NCBI GenBank assembly: GCA_030018135.1
Contig: JASEGJ010000001.1
Location: 64,001-128,000, forward strand
Reading direction: 5' to 3'
Length of the DNA stretch: 64,000 nt
From: Candidatus Hodarchaeaceae archaeon
Lineage (GTDB): Archaea; Hadarchaeota; Hadarchaeia; Hadarchaeales; Hadarchaeaceae
The translations under genes and the position numbers were made by a program. Numbering within the stretch: position 1 is the first letter of the stretch; every line of letters starts with the position of its first letter. Below are positions 9,656-20,499 of the stretch, in pieces. Under the pieces are notes generated by a model. It did not search any database. It was not told the origin of the DNA and saw nothing but the letters and a program-made list of their open reading frames with translations.

Positions 9656-10525
9656 CTAATCCTTCGTGCATGCCTTCCTGACCGACTGAACTGCCCTCAT
9701 GTACTCCTCCACGCGTTTGACGCTGACCGGATTCTGCGCTATTCCCTTTTCCTTTAGACTTGTCCCCACGATGGCTCCGTCTGCATACTTCAAAAATTTG
9801 GCGATGTTATCCTTGTTCGTTCCGCTGCCCACCAAAACTGGACGGTTGGGGGCCGCCCGCTTGGCCCTTTTTACCTCCTCGAGCCTCGCTGGGAGGCCAG
9901 TCATCTTCCCTGTAACGATAATTGCATCGGCAAGGTAAAAGTCGGTCCAAGCTACGTGGGTCTCTAAGTCGATTCCGGGAAACATCACCGCGTGTTTTTT
10001 GCATACATCAGCGAAAATTTTGATGTGCTCAGCTCCCAGGTTCTTCCTGAACCTGAGCAAGTCTGCGGCGACGCCATGGTCGAATTCGCCCGTATCCCAA
10101 ACGAGCGCTCCGGTGTAAGCACAAACGCGTATGAATTTCGCTCCCGCAGCTACGGCGATCGAAAGCGTGACTCGGCCACCGTTATGGATCACGTTGACCC
10201 CAACTGGGACATCGACGGCTTTGACTACTTCTCCAGCAGCGACCGTCTGCGACGCGATTTCCTCCGGTGGGACATTGTCGCCCACGTAGTACGGGAGGTC
10301 CCACATGTTTTCCACCATTACTCCATCGACTCCACCATCAACGAGTGCCTGTGCATCTCTCAGGGCTTGCTCGATGATGGCATCCATCCCATATCCGCCA
10401 TATCCGGGCGAACCAGGCAGCGGCACTAGATGCACCATCCCGATGATCGGCTTCTTAACCCCAAAGATCTCCCTAAGGGACTTCAGGCGCTTGCCGTAGA
10501 ACTCTTCCACCCATCCGCTAGACAT
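9656..10525 (-). CDS. BtpA/SgcQ-family protein
   Basis: IIGMVHLVPLPGSP, VENMWDLPY, ADVCKKHA, DGAIVGTS. Confidence 0.9.
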   Translation of the reverse strand: MSSGWVEEFYGKRLKSLREIFGVKKPIIGMVHLVPLPGSPGYGGYGMDAIIEQALRDAQALVDGGVDGVMVENMWDLPYYVGDNVPPEEIASQTVAAGEVVKAVDVPVGVNVIHNGGRVTLSIAVAAGAKFIRVCAYTGALVWDTGEFDHGVAADLLRFRKNLGAEHIKIFADVCKKHAVMFPGIDLETHVAWTDFYLADAIIVTGKMTGLPARLEEVKRAKRAAPNRPVLVGSGTNKDNIAKFLKYADGAIVGTSLKEKGIAQNPVSVKRVEEYMRAVQSVRKACTKD

Positions 10526-10625
10526 GGCCTCACTTCGCGAGTTTGTATCTCAATAGGAGGTTGGCTCGATGAGTATAAATTTTTAACAAGAGTGGGCCAA
10601 AGGCTCTTTAACGATAGGCGATTTC

Positions 10626-11567
10626 ATGAAAAGGTTGGTCTTGGCGGTCGGGGATGCCAACGTGGACCTCATAGCTCGCATCACACTTTTTCCGAAAAAG
10701 GGAGGGGAGGCCTTGCTTGAACAGCTGGAAAGGCGAGCTGGAGGTTCGGCCGCAAATTTCTCCGTCGCAGTTTCCCGATTGGGGCTAAGCTCGGGATTCA
10801 TCGGAAGGATCGGAGACGACTCCTTCGGCCATTTTTTGATCGATGAGTTTAAAAGGGAAAAAGTGAATGTCGACCAGCTACAGGTCGACAAGGAAATCGG
10901 GACTGGTCTAACGTTCATACTAGTGACGGAGGATGGCGAAAGGACGATGTTTGGCTTTCGGGGGGCGAACGTATACCTCTCAGCTGATGAGATAGACATG
11001 GGCTATGTTCAAAACGCTGATGTCCTCCACATCTCTGGGTATTCGTTCCTCAGGGATCCCCAGAGGGAAGCCGCTTTGAAGATACTTGACGGAGCAAAAA
11101 AGGCTGGAACCTTCATCTCCTTCGATGCAGGGATCTTGCCAACCATGAAGGTCGCGAATCGTTTACGTGGAGTTCTGCGATCGGTCGATCTGTTGTTCCT
11201 AAGCGAGACGGAGGCCGAGTTGTTGATGGGCGTTAAAAATCCTGAAAATGCGGCCAGATGTTCTCTCAAGTTAGGGCCGAAGATCGTTGTGTTGAAATTG
11301 GGGGAAAGGGGCTGCCTCGTGTTGACCGAAGGGAAGGAAATCCTTTCACCTGCTTTCGATGTAAAGGTTGTGGACACCACGGGAGCTGGCGATGCCTTTG
11401 ACGCTGGCTTTCTCATTGGCGTCATTGAGGGGTGGAATCACGAAAAGGTCGCGCGATTCGCCAACGCCGTTGGGGCCCTCTCCGCCATGAAGGTTGGGGC
11501 CAGGGCAGCCCTGCCAACCACGGGAGAAGTCGAAGGATTTCTGAGGAGATTTAGAGCAGGGAATTGA
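10626..11567 (+). CDS. PfkB/ribokinase-family carbohydrate kinase
   Basis: GGSAANFS, DTTGAGDAF. Confidence 0.92.
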   Translation: MKRLVLAVGDANVDLIARITLFPKKGGEALLEQLERRAGGSAANFSVAVSRLGLSSGFIGRIGDDSFGHFLIDEFKREKVNVDQLQVDKEIGTGLTFILVTEDGERTMFGFRGANVYLSADEIDMGYVQNADVLHISGYSFLRDPQREAALKILDGAKKAGTFISFDAGILPTMKVANRLRGVLRSVDLLFLSETEAELLMGVKNPENAARCSLKLGPKIVVLKLGERGCLVLTEGKEILSPAFDVKVVDTTGAGDAFDAGFLIGVIEGWNHEKVARFANAVGALSAMKVGARAALPTTGEVEGFLRRFRAGN

Positions 11568-11646
11568 TCTAAAAATCAAATGTGGAAACTACGCCAACAC
11601 CAACTACTTAATTTACCATCCATCTATAGAGTGAAGGGGCCTAAAC

Positions 11647-11907
11647 ATGAGCACGGTTGAAATTGAAATACTTGGAATTGTCGCCGCCATTTTGGTAAAC
11701 GCGGCCTCAATTCCGCAGGTGTTAAAAACGGCCACGACGAAGCAGGTGAGAGACATTTCCTTACCCTTTTGGATGATATTGCTCATGGGCGCCTTCCTCT
11801 GGGCTATCTATGGGATTTTGGTTCGCGGGATTGCCCTCATCCTGTCCAGTCTAGTGACCTGTAGCTTGTGCTTGACGATGATAGCATTAATTTTGAGGTA
11901 TAGGTGA
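11647..11907 (+). CDS. SemiSWEET/PQ-loop sugar transporter
   Basis: 86 aa, 3 TM, IPQVLK..RDIS, LWAIYG. Confidence 0.85.
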   Translation: MSTVEIEILGIVAAILVNAASIPQVLKTATTKQVRDISLPFWMILLMGAFLWAIYGILVRGIALILSSLVTCSLCLTMIALILRYR

Positions 11908-12665
11908 TGACCGTGCGATTGAAAAAGCGAATACAACCGCACATCATGTGCGGCGTGGGTGATGTCGCGAGATACGTCCTCCTTCCGGGCGATCCAAGGA
12001 GGGTGGAGAGGATCGCATCGTTTTTCAAGGAAGCGCGAAAGGTCGCGGAGTACCGGGGATTTGTGACCTATACCGGCAAAGTCGACAGGGTGGAAATCTC
12101 GACCTGCTCGACGGGCATCGGATGCCCGTCCGCAGCCATCGTCGTGGAGGAGCTCGCTAGAATAGGTGCTCAAACTTTGATCAGAGTCGGCACGACCGGG
12201 GCCCTGCAACCAGAGATAGAGGTCGGCGATATAATCATCGCCACCGCGGCCGTGCGCGCGGACGGCACGAGCAAGGTCTATGTACCGGCTGAGTATCCAG
12301 CTGTCGCGGACTTCGGCGTGGTTTCGGCGCTTACCAAAGCCGCGGAAAAATTGGGCACGAAAGCTCACGTCGGAAAGGTCGTGAGCACCGATGCCTTTTA
12401 CGCCGGTCAGCTTGATATCTGGGGCAAGGCGAACGTGCTATCGGCTGAGATGGAGTGCTCGACCATCTTCACCGTCGCTGGACTCAAGGGGCTTAGGGCC
12501 GGGGCAATTTTAGCCGTCGATGGCAACCTTACAAGGGGGGTCAAAAAGGGAGAGTTCGAGCCCGGCGAAAAAACCGGAGAGCTGGATGAGCGCGTGCAAA
12601 GGGCGATCGATAAGGAAATCGAGATCGCGATCGAGGCTGTGAAAATTTTGGAAGGAACTAAATAG
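11904..12665 (+). CDS. Nucleoside (uridine/purine) phosphorylase
   Basis: LLPGDPRR, STGIGCPS, RVGTTG, EME. Confidence 0.92.
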   Translation: MMTVRLKKRIQPHIMCGVGDVARYVLLPGDPRRVERIASFFKEARKVAEYRGFVTYTGKVDRVEISTCSTGIGCPSAAIVVEELARIGAQTLIRVGTTGALQPEIEVGDIIIATAAVRADGTSKVYVPAEYPAVADFGVVSALTKAAEKLGTKAHVGKVVSTDAFYAGQLDIWGKANVLSAEMECSTIFTVAGLKGLRAGAILAVDGNLTRGVKKGEFEPGEKTGELDERVQRAIDKEIEIAIEAVKILEGTK

Positions 12666-12682
12666 CGCACCGTTTCTTGAAT

Positions 12683-13489
12683 TTAGCGCCTTTGGAGCTG
12701 CCGCAGCTTTTTCACCTCCGCCATGAATGCCATCACCCGCGCGCCATCGACCGGATTCTCGACGATCCCGCCCGCCTTAAAGCTCGTGCCAACGATTGCG
12801 CCGTCCGCATGCTCGAGTAGTTTTGCTACGTTCTGCCTTGTCGTCCCGCTCCCGATCAAGACGGGTTTCTCGGGCACCGCTTTCTTCACCTTTAAGAGGC
12901 TCTGCAGTTCCGGCGCCTCACCAGTCCTGGCGCCCGTAATTATCAGGGCATCGGCGAAGCCTCTGTACGCCGCGTCCTTTGCGGACTCCTCGATCGGCCT
13001 CGCGCTCAAAAGCGCCCCGTGCTTCACGTGAACATCTGCGAAGATCTTGATCCCCTCGGCCCCCAGGCGGCGGCGGTACCTGATCAACTCGGGCGCACAT
13101 GCCTCGATGATTCCTTGATCGCTGACGATGGCCTCCGTGAAGACATTTACGCGTATGAACTCGCCGCCCGCGGCGTTTGCTATGGCCAGCGCCGCCTTGG
13201 CATCGTTTCTGAGCACATTGATGCCAACGGGCACATCCACCGCGTCTACCACCTCTTTGGCTATCGAAGCCATTGCTGAAACCGTCTCCGGGCCGACGTT
13301 CGCCTTCAGGTATGGGGCGTCCCCAAAGTTCTCAATCGTCAGGCCGTCGATGCCCCCCGCCTTTAAGGCTTTGGCGTCCTGAAGGGCGCGCTCGACGATA
13401 TCGTGGACGTCTCGACCATCGTATCTTGGGGAGCTGGGTAGCGGGGGGAGGTGAACCATGCCGATGATCGGCTTTTCCGCCCCAAACAT
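12683..13489 (-). CDS. BtpA/SgcQ-family protein
   Basis: IGMVHLPPLP, ENFGDAPY, GINVLRND, ADVHVKH. Confidence 0.9.
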   Translation of the reverse strand: MFGAEKPIIGMVHLPPLPSSPRYDGRDVHDIVERALQDAKALKAGGIDGLTIENFGDAPYLKANVGPETVSAMASIAKEVVDAVDVPVGINVLRNDAKAALAIANAAGGEFIRVNVFTEAIVSDQGIIEACAPELIRYRRRLGAEGIKIFADVHVKHGALLSARPIEESAKDAAYRGFADALIITGARTGEAPELQSLLKVKKAVPEKPVLIGSGTTRQNVAKLLEHADGAIVGTSFKAGGIVENPVDGARVMAFMAEVKKLRQLQRR

Positions 13490-13645
13490 TCCCCTCAGGA
13501 TTTTATCCCCAGCTGTGGCGATTTTAGGGATTTTCCCACCCGCTTTCTGTAAATTCCTCTTTCCATTTTACCGTTGCCCTGCCCTTTTCATGCAACCGCC
13601 CAACCTATTGGTTCCAGGTCGCCGACCATATGTCCGGATTAAGGG

Positions 13646-14647
13646 CTATTCCCTAATGTATGGCTTGCCTAGAGCTTTGGGGAAGGGTCTCCTGCCGATG
13701 AAAATTGTGACAATCACGAGAGGGACGATGTAAGGGACCATCTTGAGGAAATATGGCAAAAATGGGTATACCTTGGCGCCCGGCGTGATCGCCACTGTGT
13801 AAGCGAGGGCTTCGGCGAAACCAAAGATAAAGGCACCAGCGAGGGCGAGCAGTGGCGAGAGCCCCGCGAACACCACGCAGGCCAAGGCGATGAAGCCCCT
13901 GCCCGCAGCTATTTCCTTCACGATGCCGTCGAACCAAGCAAGAGACATGAAGACCCCGCCCAAACCTGCCATCGCTCCCCCTAGGGTACAAGTGAACATT
14001 CGGATGTGGTCAACCCTTTGGCCTGCGACATCGGCCGCCTCGGGTTTCTCCCCAGCGGCCTTTATTTTGATGCCGAGGAACGTTCGGTTCAAGATGATAT
14101 GGGCTATGATGGGTACTGCTATGGCGACGAAAATTACCGGACTCAAGAGCCCTATGGGGGTTAATATTTTTGGCACCAAAAACTCCTTACGAACCAAGTG
14201 GATTCCAGGAAATGCCCAAATGGCCATCAGGAGGAAGGGGAGGAATCCTATCCCAAATACATTGATGCCCATCCCCGCCACGACTTGGTTCGCCCTCGCG
14301 TAAACGCTCATCAAGCCAAAGATAAACCCGATAAAAGCACCCACCAGCGACCCCACTAAAAGTCCGGCTATCCCACTCCCTAAGCGCTCAGCTCCGAAAA
14401 CTCCAATAACGCAGCTTACGAGGAAAATCCCCTCCAGCCCGATGTTAACGACCCCAGCCTTTTCGTTGATACACTCCCCCGTAGCTGCGAGAGCCAATGG
14501 TGTCATCGCGAACAAGCCACTCCTGATTATATCCTTCGGTGGAACGCCAGCCCGATCCAGCAAATAAAGGAAGACGGTGATGGCGATCAAACTAATGGCG
14601 TACGCAAGAACCCTCTTAGAGAGACGTATGCGACCTATAGTAATCAT
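13646..14647 (-). CDS. Nucleoside/sugar ABC transporter permease
   Basis: EKAGVVNIGLEG, GRGFIALA, PKALGKPY. Confidence 0.9.
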   Translation of the reverse strand: MITIGRIRLSKRVLAYAISLIAITVFLYLLDRAGVPPKDIIRSGLFAMTPLALAATGECINEKAGVVNIGLEGIFLVSCVIGVFGAERLGSGIAGLLVGSLVGAFIGFIFGLMSVYARANQVVAGMGINVFGIGFLPFLLMAIWAFPGIHLVRKEFLVPKILTPIGLLSPVIFVAIAVPIIAHIILNRTFLGIKIKAAGEKPEAADVAGQRVDHIRMFTCTLGGAMAGLGGVFMSLAWFDGIVKEIAAGRGFIALACVVFAGLSPLLALAGAFIFGFAEALAYTVAITPGAKVYPFLPYFLKMVPYIVPLVIVTIFIGRRPFPKALGKPYIRE

Positions 14648-15786
14648 TTGGCCTTCCTCCTTATTAATGCTAGAAGTCCAGGCAAAGCCATAGCTATGAT
14701 GATGACTCCTTGGATGGCCCCCACGAGCTCAGAACTTATTCTTATATCGAATTCCATGAACCTGCCCGAGTGCGCTAACCCTCCGAAGAATATCGCCGCA
14801 GGTATTATGCCTATTGGGTGGTTTCTACCCACTAAAGCCACCCCTATCCCGGCGAACCCATAACCCATCAAATCGCCCAGGGTCGCATGGAACCCCCATT
14901 TTTCCGGCCTTACCGCCAAACTGGCCCCAGCGAGCCCAGCTACCAGCCCGCCGATGATGAAGCTGAGGAATATCGCACGTGAAATACTCATCCCAGCGTA
15001 TCGGGCAGCATCCGGGTTATCTCCGACCAACCTGAGCTCGTATCCCGGGTGCATGCGCCACAAAAATATGTAAACTCCGATGCAGACGAGGAGAGCGATA
15101 AATATCACGGCCGTCAGGCTACCCGCAAGCACGGGGTAGCGTGCAGTGGGCAGAGCCTCCTTGGTTATGTGCGCCCAAATCCCCCTGAGATGATAAATTG
15201 CTAGGTACATAACGAGGTAGAAGGCCATCCAATTGAGCATGATGGTAGATATGACCTCGTGAACCCCTTTCCATATTTTAAGTAAAGCCGGTAGGACGGC
15301 CCAAAGGGCACCTGCTAACATCGCGAAAACCGTGACTGCGAACACGTGAAAGCCTGAGGGTAAGGCAACATGCGCCGCCATCCAAGATGCGGCCGCTGCC
15401 CCTATGTATAATTGCCCCTCGGCACCGATGTTAAAGAGCCCCGCCCTCACGCCGACCGCAAAGGTAAGCGCCGTTAGCATGTAAGGTGTCGCAAACGCAA
15501 GTGCAAACATGAATTCCCTTGTCATAAAAGTCCTTTTTGCGATGAATATACCATATCCCTTGAGCATCGAAATATACCCTTCTATCGGGTCGTGACGAAA
15601 TATGATCATAATCAGGGCTCCGACGATCAATCCTACAAATATAGCAAACGCGGATTCAATCAATGGGCGTTTAAGTCCCCGGATGTAGCCCATGAAAAGG
15701 TTCGGCAACTTAGAAATCATAGATTGAGAGAGGCGCAGGCGCACGAATTCACCCACATCCATTGGTTTTAACCAAGTATTTAACAT
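14644..15786 (-). CDS. Nucleoside/sugar ABC transporter permease (start uncertain)
   Basis: GLFNIGAEGQ, HEVISTIMLN, GRNHPIG. Confidence 0.88.
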   Translation of the reverse strand: MLNTWLKPMDVGEFVRLRLSQSMISKLPNLFMGYIRGLKRPLIESAFAIFVGLIVGALIMIIFRHDPIEGYISMLKGYGIFIAKRTFMTREFMFALAFATPYMLTALTFAVGVRAGLFNIGAEGQLYIGAAAASWMAAHVALPSGFHVFAVTVFAMLAGALWAVLPALLKIWKGVHEVISTIMLNWMAFYLVMYLAIYHLRGIWAHITKEALPTARYPVLAGSLTAVIFIALLVCIGVYIFLWRMHPGYELRLVGDNPDAARYAGMSISRAIFLSFIIGGLVAGLAGASLAVRPEKWGFHATLGDLMGYGFAGIGVALVGRNHPIGIIPAAIFFGGLAHSGRFMEFDIRISSELVGAIQGVIIIAMALPGLLALIRRKAK

Positions 15787-15878
15787 TCAGTTCTATAGTT
15801 CTTATAATTGGGAACAAACTTAGAAACAAGTTCGTTTTTTTAAAGGTAAGGCAAAAAATAAAAAGAGAAAGGAGTGGG

Positions 15879-17171
15879 TTAGCCAAGGATGGCTCGCCAC
15901 TCCTTAACCGCGTTCTCAGTTACCGCCAGTGGAACTTCGACTGCGCCAGTACGTATCTTGCTCTCCAACTCCGCGACCGCTCCCCATATCCAAGCGGGTT
16001 GGTTGTCCCTCATCTCCGCTACTTTTTCCTTGATCCACTCGGGCGGCCCGGGAAGTACCGGCTCTCCGGTCAGTTCCTCCGCCTTCACGCCCATCTTGAT
16101 GAACTCATCTAGGTCCGCGAGGGTGCTGACGGATATCCCCTCCATCGGTATTCCAAGTACGGTGGTGCCGATCCCGAGCACTATCTCATTGCCGTACTCC
16201 GCCACAGCCTCTCTGAATTTGTTTTCCAGAACCAGCTTGGTGGCGTAGTAGACGCCGTAGTCGACCCTCTTCATCATGCTGGCGATGACGAACCCGGGGT
16301 TTATCCAGTCCTGATTCGCGTCCACGCCTATCCAGAAGGGCGGCCCCGCTTTCAGCCTATCCCTAGTGGCGATGTCCTTCACCGCGCTGTTTATCCCAAG
16401 CCCGAGCGGCCCCGCTATGTTGTAGACAGCGACGGCACCCTTCTCGTACATCGGCACGGCGGTTAGGTAACCCTTCGTGATGTCGCTGAATGTTCCGGTG
16501 TAATCATATAGGACCCTCTTATCCCTGGGCGTGTTATAGATGCCCCGCTTCATCTCGGGCTTGTTGTTCTCGATCCAGCCCATGGCCCAGTCGCATCCCC
16601 ACTTGTAGCCTATTTCGAACTTCCAAAGGACGGGGATCTCAATTCCAAAAACGCCACCGATGTAAGGTTTGTCGTAGTAGGCTGCAAGCAGGCCGCCGAG
16701 CGCGCCGACTAAGGCACTTCCCTTGTGCTCCTCGTACACCACATCAAGCAAGTTCGGCTGTGGATCCACCCACTTGGTAAATGTGTCGATGCCCACGAAA
16801 TTTTTATCCGGGAACTCCTTGGCCACCTCGATGAGGGCGTGGGTCAATAGGAACCCAACCCCGACGATAAGCTTCACATCTGGATCTAAAGCAGCTGTCC
16901 TCAGGTTCGGAACGTAGTCGGCTTCAACCATACTAATAATTTCCTTCATCTCAACGCCGAAATCTCTCTCGGCGTCGTCACCGCCCTTGAACGCCATATC
17001 GTTAAAGCTCAGGTCCCCTCTCCCGCCGATGTCGGAGACCACGGCTATCTTGAACACCGCTGGCGGCTTCACCGGAGGCCTTGTAGCGACATATGCACCA
17101 ATTACAGCTGCGGCGATGATTATGATTACTATAGCAATAGCTGTAGTCTTGGCAACTCCCTCATTGTCCAA
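15879..17171 (-). CDS. BMP-family ABC substrate-binding protein
   Basis: GGRGDLSFND, IGVDANQD, SMMKRVD; N-terminal membrane anchor. Confidence 0.92.
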   Translation of the reverse strand: MDNEGVAKTTAIAIVIIIIAAAVIGAYVATRPPVKPPAVFKIAVVSDIGGRGDLSFNDMAFKGGDDAERDFGVEMKEIISMVEADYVPNLRTAALDPDVKLIVGVGFLLTHALIEVAKEFPDKNFVGIDTFTKWVDPQPNLLDVVYEEHKGSALVGALGGLLAAYYDKPYIGGVFGIEIPVLWKFEIGYKWGCDWAMGWIENNKPEMKRGIYNTPRDKRVLYDYTGTFSDITKGYLTAVPMYEKGAVAVYNIAGPLGLGINSAVKDIATRDRLKAGPPFWIGVDANQDWINPGFVIASMMKRVDYGVYYATKLVLENKFREAVAEYGNEIVLGIGTTVLGIPMEGISVSTLADLDEFIKMGVKAEELTGEPVLPGPPEWIKEKVAEMRDNQPAWIWGAVAELESKIRTGAVEVPLAVTENAVKEWRAILG

Positions 17172-17271
17172 AAGCCTTCTTATCTTATCACCTCCTTTTT
17201 AGTTGTAAAGCATTTTTAATAATAAGGCTTTCGGATATCGAATCTATCAACTTTCGTCCCCTTTGTGGCTA

Positions 17272-18873
17272 TCAAACCTTCGAGCCGGCCATCATCAGCC
17301 CTATCTTCTCCACCTTTGCCCTCGCCGCATCCACCGTGCCAACGATCTTACCCTCAAAAATTACGGCGATGCGGTCGCTCAGGGACATCACCTCGTCTAG
17401 GTCCTCCGAGACGAGTAGAATTGCCGTACCCTTTTCCTTCAGCCTCAGGAATAGGTCGTGAGTATGTCTGAGCGCCTTGAGGTCGAGCCCGTAGGTCGGG
17501 TGAACCGCGACGATCAAGCGCGGCTCCCGCCAAGTCTCCCTGGCAAGGATGAGCCTCTGGATATTCCCGCCCGAGAGTATCCTCGTCTCAGTCCGCCAGA
17601 GGTCGGGCACCATTATATCGTACTCAGAAACCATCCGCTCGGTGTGTCGAGTTATGAATGAACGATTGAGGAATGTCCACCTTGAAAAAGGCGAGGTCCT
17701 ATAGTCCTTCATGATCAGGTTCTCGGCCGAGGTCATGCCTTCGGCAACTCCCATCCTCCTACGCTCCTCGGGGATATGGACCATGCCGGCCTCCATAAGT
17801 TTCTTGGGCGAATGATTCGTCACATCCTTGCCGAAGACGAGCACCTTGCCCTTTATGACCTCCCGCAGACCGGTGATCGCCTCGACGAGTTCGCTCTGGC
17901 CGTTGCCGGCTACGCCGGCTATGCCCAGTATTTCGCCCTCCCTCACCGTCAAGGAGATGCCTTTGACTGCCAGCAGCCCCTTCTCATCGAGCACATGGAG
18001 GTCCTTGACCTCCAACGCTACCTCGCCCAACTTGACGGGTTTCCTCTTCGGGCGGAACGTGACCTCCCGGCCCATCATCATCCTCACCAATTCCCGCCTG
18101 TTCGTCTCCGAGGTCTTCCTCGTTCCAATCAGCTTGCCCAGCCTGAGCACGGTGACGCGATCGCTTACCTCCATCACCTCCTCGAGCTTGTGGGTGATGA
18201 ACACGACCCCGCGTCCCTCCCTCGCCATCGCTCGTAGGATGGAGAAAAGCCTCTTGGACTCCTCCGGCGTCAGCACAGATGTCGGCTCGTCTAAAATGAT
18301 CACCTCGGGTTCGTGATAGAGGGTCTTGAGTATCTCGACGCGCTGCTGCTCTCCAGCCGAAAGCTCCTCAACCCTAGCCTTTGGATCCACCTTCAACCCA
18401 TATCTATCGGATAACTCCCTGATCCTCTTCTCAACCTTGGAGAGGGGGAATGAGAAGTTGGATTCCGCTAGACCTAGGGCCACGTTCTCGGCGACCGTGA
18501 GCGGCCGCGCAAGCGTGAATTCCTGATGGACCATCCCTATTCCGTGTTCGAGCGCGTCCTTTGGGGATTTTATAGAGATGGGCTTTCCTCTGGCGTAAAT
18601 TCGCCCCTTCGAGAGACTGTAGAATCCGGACAGGATGTTCGCTAGGACCGTCTTACCTGCTCCATTTTCCCCGAGCAGCGCATGAACCTCGCCTGACTTT
18701 ACATCAAAGTTTATGCGGTCCAATATGAGGTGTTCCCAGACGCCGGGGAATCCCTTGCAGATTCCCTCCGCCCGCACCAAGATTTCCCCCAACTTCGGCT
18801 TTCGGGCGGCAGCACTCCTAGACCGCTTACTGCTCTCCCTTCGAAGCAGGATTTTTTTTAGAGGATTTAACAT
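17272..18873 (-). CDS. Nucleoside/sugar ABC transporter ATPase, two NBDs (start uncertain)
   Basis: GENGAGKT, LDEPT, LSGGNIQ. Confidence 0.92.
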   Translation of the reverse strand: MLNPLKKILLRRESSKRSRSAAARKPKLGEILVRAEGICKGFPGVWEHLILDRINFDVKSGEVHALLGENGAGKTVLANILSGFYSLSKGRIYARGKPISIKSPKDALEHGIGMVHQEFTLARPLTVAENVALGLAESNFSFPLSKVEKRIRELSDRYGLKVDPKARVEELSAGEQQRVEILKTLYHEPEVIILDEPTSVLTPEESKRLFSILRAMAREGRGVVFITHKLEEVMEVSDRVTVLRLGKLIGTRKTSETNRRELVRMMMGREVTFRPKRKPVKLGEVALEVKDLHVLDEKGLLAVKGISLTVREGEILGIAGVAGNGQSELVEAITGLREVIKGKVLVFGKDVTNHSPKKLMEAGMVHIPEERRRMGVAEGMTSAENLIMKDYRTSPFSRWTFLNRSFITRHTERMVSEYDIMVPDLWRTETRILSGGNIQRLILARETWREPRLIVAVHPTYGLDLKALRHTHDLFLRLKEKGTAILLVSEDLDEVMSLSDRIAVIFEGKIVGTVDAARAKVEKIGLMMAGSKV

Positions 18874-19005
18874 CAAAAAGGCCTTCGCGTATGACCTCTT
18901 AAAAGTGACCATCTTGGAAAAATATTGATTCTCGATAGCGCCGACGAATTTTGTTTCGGGGGCGCAACGCAAATAAATGGAGATGTAAGTTATCTAAGGG
19001 GTGAT

Positions 19006-19911
19006 ATGGTGAAGTTCGAAAATATTACCTTTAGGACCGCGGACGGAAAAGCCTATCACTTGGAAATCGACCGCATCAACCCCAACATTCTGACGGCTGG
19101 CTCGCCCGGCCGCATACTCAAGATGGTTGAGTACCTGAAGGATGCCGAGATAATCGAAGGCGACCGAAAGATGACGGTCGTGCACGGCAAATATCAAGGA
19201 CTGCCGGTCTCGGCGTTTGCAACGGGCATGGGGCCGGCCAGCACCGCCGTGGTCCTGCCGGAGGCCCTCGAGGTGGCTGAGGGGCCGATCACCATGTTGC
19301 GCCTCGGCACCTCCGGCAGCCTGCAGCCATTCGTTAAAGTCGGACATATGGTAATAAGCTCGGGCGTCGTCAGGGATGAGATGGCTACCAGAGCGGCGGT
19401 TGGGCCGGAATATCCAGCTGTTGCCGATCCGGCGCTCGTGCCCATAATGGCGGCGGCGGCGGAAAAACACGGCTACAGGCTGGGCGAAAAATTGTGGGTG
19501 GGGATAATCCACGCTAAGGACGACCTATACTTCGTGGAGACGCCGCAGTTCTCACCCTCGACTGAACTCATGACCGCCAAGCTAGCGTCCTACAGGCGGA
19601 TGGGCGTGCTCGCGAGCGAGATGGAGTTCTCGGTGTACTGCATCATGCGCGACTTCTATGAGGGGCGCAGGGACGACCGAGTAATGGTCGGCAATCTTTT
19701 GGCGGTGATAGCGTCCGCTCCCGAGGTTGAAGCGATAACCGTCAGCAAGGAGGACAAAAAGAGGATGGAGCACGATATGATTAAGATCGGCTTGGACACG
19801 CTGCTGTTGGTCAACCGACTCAGAGAGGGAAAAAGCGTAGATATCGACATCGATCAAGTTGTCAGAGGGATGATGCTCGTGCCGCCGCGGGGCAAGCTCC
19901 TCCGATCGTGA
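19006..19911 (+). CDS. Uridine phosphorylase-like nucleoside phosphorylase
   Basis: GSPGR, TGMGPAS, RLGTSG, SEME. Confidence 0.85.
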   Translation: MVKFENITFRTADGKAYHLEIDRINPNILTAGSPGRILKMVEYLKDAEIIEGDRKMTVVHGKYQGLPVSAFATGMGPASTAVVLPEALEVAEGPITMLRLGTSGSLQPFVKVGHMVISSGVVRDEMATRAAVGPEYPAVADPALVPIMAAAAEKHGYRLGEKLWVGIIHAKDDLYFVETPQFSPSTELMTAKLASYRRMGVLASEMEFSVYCIMRDFYEGRRDDRVMVGNLLAVIASAPEVEAITVSKEDKKRMEHDMIKIGLDTLLLVNRLREGKSVDIDIDQVVRGMMLVPPRGKLLRS

Positions 19912-20018
19912 AATAATGAAAAACCTATCCGCTCGAACCTGCAAAAATCGTGATCATTGCACTTGTTGATCCTACATCCGATTTCACCCTCTGCATAAAA
20001 GTCTTGATTCCTAAAAAG

Positions 20019-20103
20019 CGCCGGGGCTGGGATTCGAACCCAGGAGGCCCGAAGGGCCATCGGATCTCAAATCCGACGCCTTACCTGGCTTGGCTACCCC
20101 GGC
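20019..20103 (-). tRNA. tRNA-Ser(TGA)
   Basis: Cloverleaf, anticodon arm TCGGA-TTTGAGA-TCCGA, long variable arm. Confidence 0.95.
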
Positions 20104-20136
20104 ATTAGAAGTATCCACGAGAAAGTAAAAAAGAGG

Positions 20137-20445
20137 TTAGGTCTTGAGTTCGATTTCGATGCTGACTTCCTCGGGCACCTGAACGCGCATGATCTGTCGC
20201 ATCGCCCGCTCGTCCGCCTCCATATCGATTAGGCGCTTGTGAACCCGCAGCTCCCACTTGTCCCAGGTGATCGTACCCTCGCCATCAGGTGCCTTCTTGG
20301 TGGGGATGACTATCCGCCTCGTCGGAAGCGGCACTGGGCCCGACTTTTTGACGCCCGTTCGCTCGGCGATCGCGACTATCTGCTTGCATACCTCGTCGAG
20401 CTTCTTCGGGTCGGTGCTGGACAGACGTATTCTCGCCTTTTGCAA
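20137..20445 (-). CDS. rps10: 30S ribosomal protein S10
   Basis: [18 protein letters not shown]. Confidence 0.97.
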   Translation of the reverse strand: MQKARIRLSSTDPKKLDEVCKQIVAIAERTGVKKSGPVPLPTRRIVIPTKKAPDGEGTITWDKWELRVHKRLIDMEADERAMRQIMRVQVPEEVSIEIELKT

Positions 20446-20499
20446 GCTGGTCCCAACTATATCTAGGGTTAGTAGTTAGAATAAAAGATTTCAGCTAGC

